From Octopus bimaculoides (lineage: Eukaryota), in NCBI RefSeq assembly GCF_001194135.2, contig NC_068987.1, positions 92,348,144 to 92,405,294 of the forward strand: a DNA stretch of 57,151 nt. The letters are read 5' to 3'. The notes under the pieces are model-generated. The model did not search any database and was not told the origin of the DNA. It was given only the letters and a program-made list of their open reading frames with translations. Position numbers and translations under genes: made by a program. Shown here piece after piece: positions 48,961-57,151 of this stretch; within the stretch, counting starts at the first letter, position 1, and each line of letters starts with the position of its first letter.

Positions 48961-51900
48961 NNNNNNNNNNNNNNNNNNNNNNNNNNNNNNNNNNNNNNNN
49001 NNNNNNNNNNNNNNNNNNNNNNNNNNNNNNNNNNNNNNNNNNNNNNNNNNNNNNNNNNNNNNNNNNNNNNNNNNNNNNNNNNNNNNNNNNNNNNNNNNNN
49101 NNNNNNNNNNNNNNNNNNNNNNNNNNNNNNNNNNNNNNNNNNNNNNNNNNNNNNNNNNNNNNNNNNNNNNNNNNNNNNNNNNNNNNNNNNNNNNNNNNNN
49201 NNNNNNNNNNNNNNNNNNNNNNNNNNNNNNNNNNNNNNNNNNNNNNNNNNNNNNNNNNNNNNNNNNNNNNNNNNNNNNNNNNNNNNNNNNNNNNNNNNNN
49301 NNNNNNNNNNNNNNNNNNNNNNNNNNNNNNNNNNNNNNNNNNNNNNNNNNNNNNNNNNTATATATATATATATATATATATATGGACATAGAAACATACA
49401 CACACAAACACATATACATAGGGTAGGGATATGTGCATGCTTGTGTATGTATGTGAGTACAAAGTTTCGTCTAGCACGCGGAGACAACCTGAAGGTAGTC
49501 AGTCTGCGTGTACAACAGTAAATACATTTGGAAAACTCCCTTCTGAGGTACCACAACTTGCACAGTACACTCTTTATTGGAGTTCCTTAAATATCAGATG
49601 CTGATATCGCCCTTATTCTTTTTTTATATCATCGCTCAGTTAAATTAATTTGTCATGTCAATATAGTTTTGTAGAGAACTTTATATAAATCTCTTGAATT
49701 AGAATATAAAAGCAGATGTCAATGGCTAACGTGGGCTTTTTTCAATGAAATGTATTAAGGGAGGTAAGTATACAAATCGGTACTGATGTAATCAAGTTTC
49801 ATTATTTACAAGATGGACTTCATTCAAAATAATTATAAAATTCCAAAAATATTTGCAAAATACAACACCAAATATGTAAGCGTTCTTTTATTAAAAGACA
49901 CAATGACACATACACACATACCAACCTAAACGAGTGCGTATACCTTTATGTACATACACACGCACATGCAAACACATGCACACACACGCAAACACATGCA
50001 AACCTACACACACCCGCATAAATATACACACACACACTTATGTACACACACACACTTACACAACACATACATATATATTTCTACATACATATACAGTGAC
50101 GAGCTATTGTCATGTTACTGACGCTTCGTGAATTGTAAAGAGAACAAAATAGGATTCAACAATTTACAAACACAATTTTTCTGTTAAATTATTTTTGACT
50201 TTTGTTTTGTTTTCCTCACGTCACCGTCTAAATGTATTCCTATATTTGCTGTGTTTGTTGTATATTTTGTGAACGTTATATGTTGCACGTTTGTTGCTTG
50301 TTTTGTTGTGTCTTCTTTTCCTGCCTTTTCAATGGTACTTAATCACTCACTTATTTAATTTCCCGGGAATTTTTAATAATCAAATAACAGCTTAGTGTCT
50401 TGAATCCAATCAATAGTGGTTGGAGATGAATTTGCCGTAAGATTTGACATTCCTGGAAACATGAAGGAGCACTATCTATCAAGCTTCTTGTCTTCGTAAG
50501 AGACTCAATTCAGCTTGCTCGTGTTGATCAAACCTATACATGTAATTCGGTTAATAAATATGGACAGTATGTGACAAGCATCCGATAGCAACAGTTGAGG
50601 AGGTCTCGGGAAGTGAAGAGTGCAACACGGTTTCAATCTCTGTACAGTTTTACGTTCCTCGCGTGAATGTTCTCATTAGAAAATGCACGAATATTGTGGA
50701 ATCCCTTTTTACTTATCTGGGGAAGGGGTCAATCAATGTTATCAACTGAATATCTGCAAATATTCGACAGCCCTTCTTAAAATCATTCCTGTTTGCTTAA
50801 ATTGGAAGGGTACATTAAATAATATAGTGAGTGATTTTGTTACGATTTCCCCCAGAATATTCGTATCTGCTGTGGGCATGTAACAAAAAAAAAATGAAGA
50901 CAACATAAAAACTAAAAAAAAATAAAACAAAACAAAACAAACAAATTCAACAACAAACACAGACACTCCAAATAGTTAAGGACTCCGAAACAGTGAGTGA
51001 AAATGAACAGCTTTATGAGGGAGAATATGGCAAGCATCCATTTATAGGGCCCTAATATGAAATAAAATATGCCAGTTTGCAAGTGTAGATGGGTCGTCAT
51101 TTGAAACTTCTTTTATCGTAAAAGTTTCAGCGAACACGGTAAATAACTTGGTAAAAGATCATAGAGTGGAATTTATAGTCGTGCCTCAGAATATTTCACA
51201 GAATTGATCTATGGCCGTAGCAAAGTATAAAACAATACACACCCGTTATGAATTATGGAAACACGCAATTATTGTAGATTACACAACTCTCNNNNNNNNN
51301 NNNNNNNNNNNNNNNNNNNNNNNNNNNNNNNNNNNNNNNNNNNNNNNNNNNNNNNNNNNNNNNNNNNNNNNNNNNNNNNNNNNNNNNNNNNNNNNNNNNN
51401 NNNNNNNNNNNNNNNNNNNNNNNNNNNNNNNNNNNNNNNNNNNNNNNNNNNNNNNNNNNNNNNNNNNNNNNNNNNNNNNNNNNNNNNNNNNNNNNNNNNN
51501 NNNNNNNNNNNNNNNNNNNNNNNNNNNNNNNNNNNNNNNNNNNNNNNNNNNNNNNNNNNNNNNNNNNNNNNNNNNNNNNNNNNNNNNNNNNNNNNNNNNN
51601 NNNNNNNNNNNNNNNNNNNNNNNNNNNNNNNNNNNNNNNNNNNNNNNNNNNNNNNNNNNNNNNNNNNNNNNNNNNNNNNNNNNNNNNNNNNNNNNNNNNN
51701 NNNNNNNNNNNNNNNNNNNNNNNNNNNNNNNNNNNNNNNNNNNNNNNNNNNNNNNNNNNNNNNNNNNNNNNNNNNNNNNNNNNNNNNNNNNNNNNNNNNN
51801 NNNNNNNNNNNNNNNNNNNNNNNNNNNNNNNNNNNNNNNNNNNNNNNNNNNNNNNNNNNNNNNNNNNNNNNNNNNNNNNNNNNNNNNNNNNNNNNNNNNN

Positions 51901-52446
51901 NNNNNNNNNNNNNNNNNNNNNNNNNNNNNNNNNNNNNNNNNNNNNNNNNNNNNNTATATATATATATATATATATATATATCTATATATATATATATATA
52001 TATAAATAGAGGTTGCATTTATATATTTATTTTCATGAACATCTTACAAATCTACATGAGTTTCAGTAAATCAGTATTTTCTGAAATATATATGTGTATT
52101 TGTGTTTGGGTGTACATGTCTGTATATTTGTGTGTATGTGGCGGTTGGGGGGTTTGCCTGTGCGTATGTATCTAAGTGTGTCTATAGCAGTTTATGTTCA
52201 ACAATAAATACAGAGAGAAGATTAGACATACTTTCTGAAACAGAAATTCGCAACAGATCACAACAGGTTACCCATTTTACTGTAGTTAGCTGAGAGCAGT
52301 TCATGCAGTCCATTTGTCAAAGCAGACATAACTAAATTGGATTTTCTATACAAATAAAACAAAAACTGTAACTGCATTAACATGGTTTTAACCTTATCCA
52401 GTCTCACTGCAAATCCTTACACAACCCACAACACCCATAAACTTAC

Positions 52447-52485
52447 CGTCTGATCCCATTCCAAAGCAGGCGAGGCTAGGCTGGA
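52447..52485 (-). CDS. Candidate 39-nt exon (SSLASPALEWDQT; alternative frame QPSLACFGMGSD)
   Basis: Pyrimidine tract plus ctaat branch-like site plus ctttag acceptor; consensus G|GTAAGT donor; length divisible by 3. Confidence 0.5.
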
Positions 52486-53018
52486 CTAAAGGAGATTAGA
52501 CAAATGAACGAAGAAGATTAAGGCAATTGCTAGACTGCAGACTACACACATCTCAATCCATCTTGCTGTTAGCCAAGCATGCCTCTCCTTTAAAGGTCAA
52601 AAGCCTTAGACATTGCTCCTCTCTATTTTTATTCATATTTGTAATAGTTGTTCCTTGTTTCAACATTTGGTGTTCTCTCTGCTACCATTACATTCGTTGA
52701 TATAGCTTTTTATTGTTGTTGTTGTCTTTATTGTTGTTATTGTTATTATTGTTGTTATTATTATTATTCAATGACTGCTGTTGTTTTTTCTTGATACGAT
52801 ATTATTGTCACTGCTACGCTTATTTTTGATGCCATTATTGTTTTTGCTGCTGTTTTTATTTGTTGTCGTTTTTCTTGCAACCGCTGCTGCCGTTGCTGCT
52901 GCATTAAGATGTCACACTCAGCTTAAATTATGTATAATCTTCTTTCTTCTTTCGCTGCACTGGGTAGCGTGCGGTGTGCGATGATGTGAGGCACTCTGTT
53001 GGGTGTTCGGTGCTGAGT

Positions 53019-53059
<41 letters not shown>

Positions 53060-54738
53060 NNNNNNNNNNNNNNNNNNNNNNNNNNNNNNNNNNNNNNNNN
53101 NNNNNNNNNNNNNNNNNNNNNNNNNNNNNNNNNNNNNNNNNNNNNNNNNNNNNNNNNNNNNNNNNNNNNNNNNNNNNNNNNNNNNNNNNNNNNNNNNNNN
53201 NNNNNNNNNNNNNNNNNNNNNNNNNNNNNNNNNNNNNNNNNNNNNNNNNNNNNNNNNNNNNNNNNNNNNNNNNNNNNNNNNNNNNNNNNNNNNNNNNNNN
53301 NNNNNNNNNNNNNNNNNNNNNNNNNNNNNNNNNNNNNNNNNNNNNNNNNNNNNNNNNNNNNNNNNNNNNNNNNNNNNNNNNNNNNNNNNNNNNNNNNNNN
53401 NNNNNNNNNNNNNNNNNNNNNNNNNNNNNNNNNNNNNNNNNNNNNNNNNNNNNNNNNNNNNNNNNNNNNNNNNNNNNNNNNNNNNNNNNNNNNNNNNNNN
53501 NNNNNNNNNNNNNNNNNNNNNNNNNNNNNNNNNNNNNNNNNNNNNNNNNNNNNNNNNNNNNNNNNNNNNNNNNNNNNNNNNNNNNNNNNNNNNNNNNNNN
53601 NNNNNNNNNNNNNNNNNNNNNNNNNNNNNNNNNNNNNNNNNNNNNNNNNNTATATATATAGGTATATATTTGCATACACCCACACACTCACATACATACG
53701 TAGGTGTATGTATAAAGAGAAAAACGATGTATAATAGCAGCTGGGTATGTAGGTGTTTCTGTCGGTTCTCATGCCTACGTGAACATGTGTGTTGGAGAGT
53801 TGTGTGATGTCTTATCCGCCATTATTGTGCTTCTCCGCAACGTCTTGAAGTTAAAATAAAAATAAAAGCAAAGATGCGGTTTTTGAAGGCGGCATGATTG
53901 TGAGAGTTAAAAAGGCGTAGGTTTCTGCTAATAGATGAGAAAAATGAAAGTATCCACTGTTGGGGAAGAGGTAAGGCTGATGCCAAATGAAACTGGTAAG
54001 AATGAGAGAGTGGTTAATATAGAGGTATAGATTTGATTGATCTTGGATTATTTCCTGATTTCCATGGTTTCCATCTTGTTACATATATACATATATATAT
54101 ATTATATATATATATATATACATACTTACACCCACACGCACGCACACACACACATGCACATACATGCACACACATGTACACACATGCACACAGAAACAAA
54201 CATATATCTATAAATATGAATATGTATATATNNNNNNNNNNNNNNNNNNNNNNNNNNNNNNNNNNNNNNNNNNNNNNNNNNNNNNNNNNNNNNNNNNNNN
54301 NNNNNNNNNNNNNNNNNNNNNNNNNNNNNNNNNNNNNNNNNNNNNNNNNNNNNNNNNNNNNNNNNNNNNNNNNNNNNNNNNNNNNNNNNNNNNNNNNNNN
54401 NNNNNNNNNNNNNNNNNNNNNNNNNNNNNNNNNNNNNNNNNNNNNNNNNNNNNNNNNNNNNNNNNNNNNNNNNNNNNNNNNNNNNNNNNNNNNNNNNNNN
54501 NNNNNNNNNNNNNNNNNNNNNNNNNNNNNNNNNNNNNNNNNNNNNNNNNNNNNNNNNNNNNNNNNNNNNNNNNNNNNNNNNNNNNNNNNNNNNNNNNNNN
54601 NNNNNNNNNNNNNNNNNNNNNNNNNNNNNNNNNNNNNNNNNNNNNNNNNNNNNNNNNNNNNNNNNNNNNNNNNNNNNNNNNNNNNNNNNNNNNNNNNNNN
54701 NNNNNNNNNNNNNNNNNNNNNNNNNNNNNNNNNNNNNN

Positions 54739-54771
<33 letters not shown>

Positions 54772-54912
54772 ATATGTGTATTTCGAACTGTTTTGTGGTG
54801 GTAAGCTGAACAAAAGAATTATTCCCTCTGTCTGCGGATAGAAAGCACTAGGCGTGTCAATAAATAGTGTCTCAGAAGCTTTCATCGCATAAACCTGTTA
54901 TTAGTTCATACC

Positions 54913-55122
<210 letters not shown>

Positions 55123-57074
55123 TATATATGATATATATTCCAAGAAGGCAGTATATGTACTGAAATGAAATTTGGCTTCTATTTCAACTTCTGTAGTTGA
55201 ACTGGAGAAACTATCTTTCAGTCTGGGGGGTTTTCTTCTGGCGAGGATAGAACAAGCACCAGTGATATTTTAAATCCTGTTCTGGCACTAACTCCCATGG
55301 ATACCTAAAGACCATTCGCAAAATTGAAAGAAGAAAGAATCTGAATTTGTGATTCGGGAAGAGGTTCGGATCAAATCTATGTTTTCTATGCTGCTGTATT
55401 ATGCATACAGTCATAATTTATTTTACGTTTATTCTTTTGAATTTCCTGTCCAGTAACACGGTAACACAGTAATCTTACCTACCTTCTCTGTTTAGTGACA
55501 TAAGGTGATTATAGTTCAATAAGGCATGCGAGTGAAATTCAACAATGAGTTCAAATTATTTAAATGTGCTCGTAAAGTATATATGCGTATATATACATGT
55601 GTGCGAGTGTGTCTGCATATACTTTTGTATGTAAGCATGTACATATATTTATGCAGTAAGTGTCTGTATATATATATATATATACATACATACATACATA
55701 CATAGATGTGGGTATATAAATAATTATATATACACACTTAAGCGTTGACTGAACTATCAATTCTGCCATGTGGAAAACGATCCACTTAGAAATGCTGGTA
55801 ATTGCCTCGAAATTCAATGATACTCTTAGCATTTTAAAGTGGGTCGAGTCGTTTGTAGATTGTGAAATACTTTCGACATGTAGCCATTAATAGCATTCTT
55901 AGTCCACAAAGAAAGCATATTTATCCACTAAACGCTATGTTGCTCAATCATTCTCACCGTTCGTATACACCAATATGCATATCATTCAACTAAACTAGTA
56001 GTTGAATAATATTCTTAAGGCCACAATTTACTCACATGCAGCACCTTTTAGAGCTTGTCCCTACATCACTTCTTAACCAAATTGAAAGCTGTTAACATAT
56101 TTGAAGCGGATTGCTCCCCAGTTGCATTTTAGCATAAAAATTGAGATTTCGTCCAGTAGAAAAAAAGAAGTTTACATCAACGTTATAGGAGAGTAAGGAA
56201 CGCGTCCAATCAAGTTTAGATCTAAATAACTTTTTCAGTTTAAAAGCAAAATATATTTATCTTAGCTTTAATGACAGGAGAAAGCGTGGCCAATTTCATA
56301 GTTTTGGCCCCATGTAACAAAAATTTGTATCATGGGAAAAAATATAAGCAAGACAAAAAATTGGATTTAATTATAATTAACTGTTTTTTATTTTAAAAAC
56401 AAACTGCATTATGATTAAGCTTAAATGACAGAACTCAGTTCGAGGAATTTCGTGGTATCAATATCATGCAATGAACTTTTAAAAGAATAGAAAGTTAAGA
56501 GTGTCTCTTTCTCAAATTTCAAAGTGATTATATAGTTCCATACTTTTTTTAATGAATATAATGCTATAACGGGACTTTTAATATATGTCACTGGCGTCAT
56601 TTAGGTAAGGAAAAGATTATCAACGACATCGATTATTGACACATTTGACACAATATTAATTAACATAATAGCATAGCCTGGAAAAAAAAACATGGATTAC
56701 ATGGAAAAATGCGAGCAAAAGAAATAATATTCTTAAGATTATAAACCTGGAAAAAGTACAGGACAAGTTATTACAAATTATGACATCTGTTAAAGTACGG
56801 AACAAGGAAATTTTTACTTAGAATGTTGTAACTAAGGATAAAATTTGAATATAAAAAATGATTTGATTTTAAGTGAATCCCAGCAGCAAACCTGCAAGCA
56901 ACCTCAGAAGATCCGGTTTCGTCGTCACTTCTCGAAAAGTGGTAACATCCAGAGTTCTCACAAAGAACTGTCAAAATGCTCTTTATTGGTTCGTTTTAGT
57001 CGTTCTCCCGTTGTTGCTGCAGCATTACTTTAGTTTTGCTGTCATTAAGCATTTAAAGGAAAAAAAACGCAGTC

Positions 57075-57075
<1 letters not shown>

Positions 57076-57151
<76 letters not shown>
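57076..57151. repeat. (TTA)n microsatellite
   Basis: Visible. Confidence 0.97.

Overview
AT-rich, microsatellite-dense eukaryotic DNA with 14 N-gaps, most likely an octopus draft scaffold. The organism is inferred from SINE families I recognise from memory and was not verified by a search. No complete protein-coding gene, tRNA, rRNA or CRISPR array can be supported, and most long ORFs in the track are microsatellite or N-gap artefacts. Well supported elements: a 5'-truncated R4/Dong-like RLE LINE whose 3' end runs into (TAA)n (590-2030); three dead IS630/Tc1/mariner elements (an internally deleted Tc1 with TIRs and TA TSD at 26071-26709, a mariner at ~32138-32940, and a near full-length DD37D maT-type at 33145-34380); a CR1/L2-like 3' end; and about 15 copies or fragments of tRNA-derived SINEs from at least three families. 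Several short candidate exons exist on both strands but I cannot name the gene(s). Best leads: a near-perfect 109-nt hairpin (170-278), a minus-strand exon pair that would end in a CaaX box (CSCCIIS*), a 39-nt minus-strand exon encoding an LEWD motif, and SINEs sitting in (TTA)n tracts with swapped tails. I found no convincing complete novel biological system; these are testable hypotheses only.
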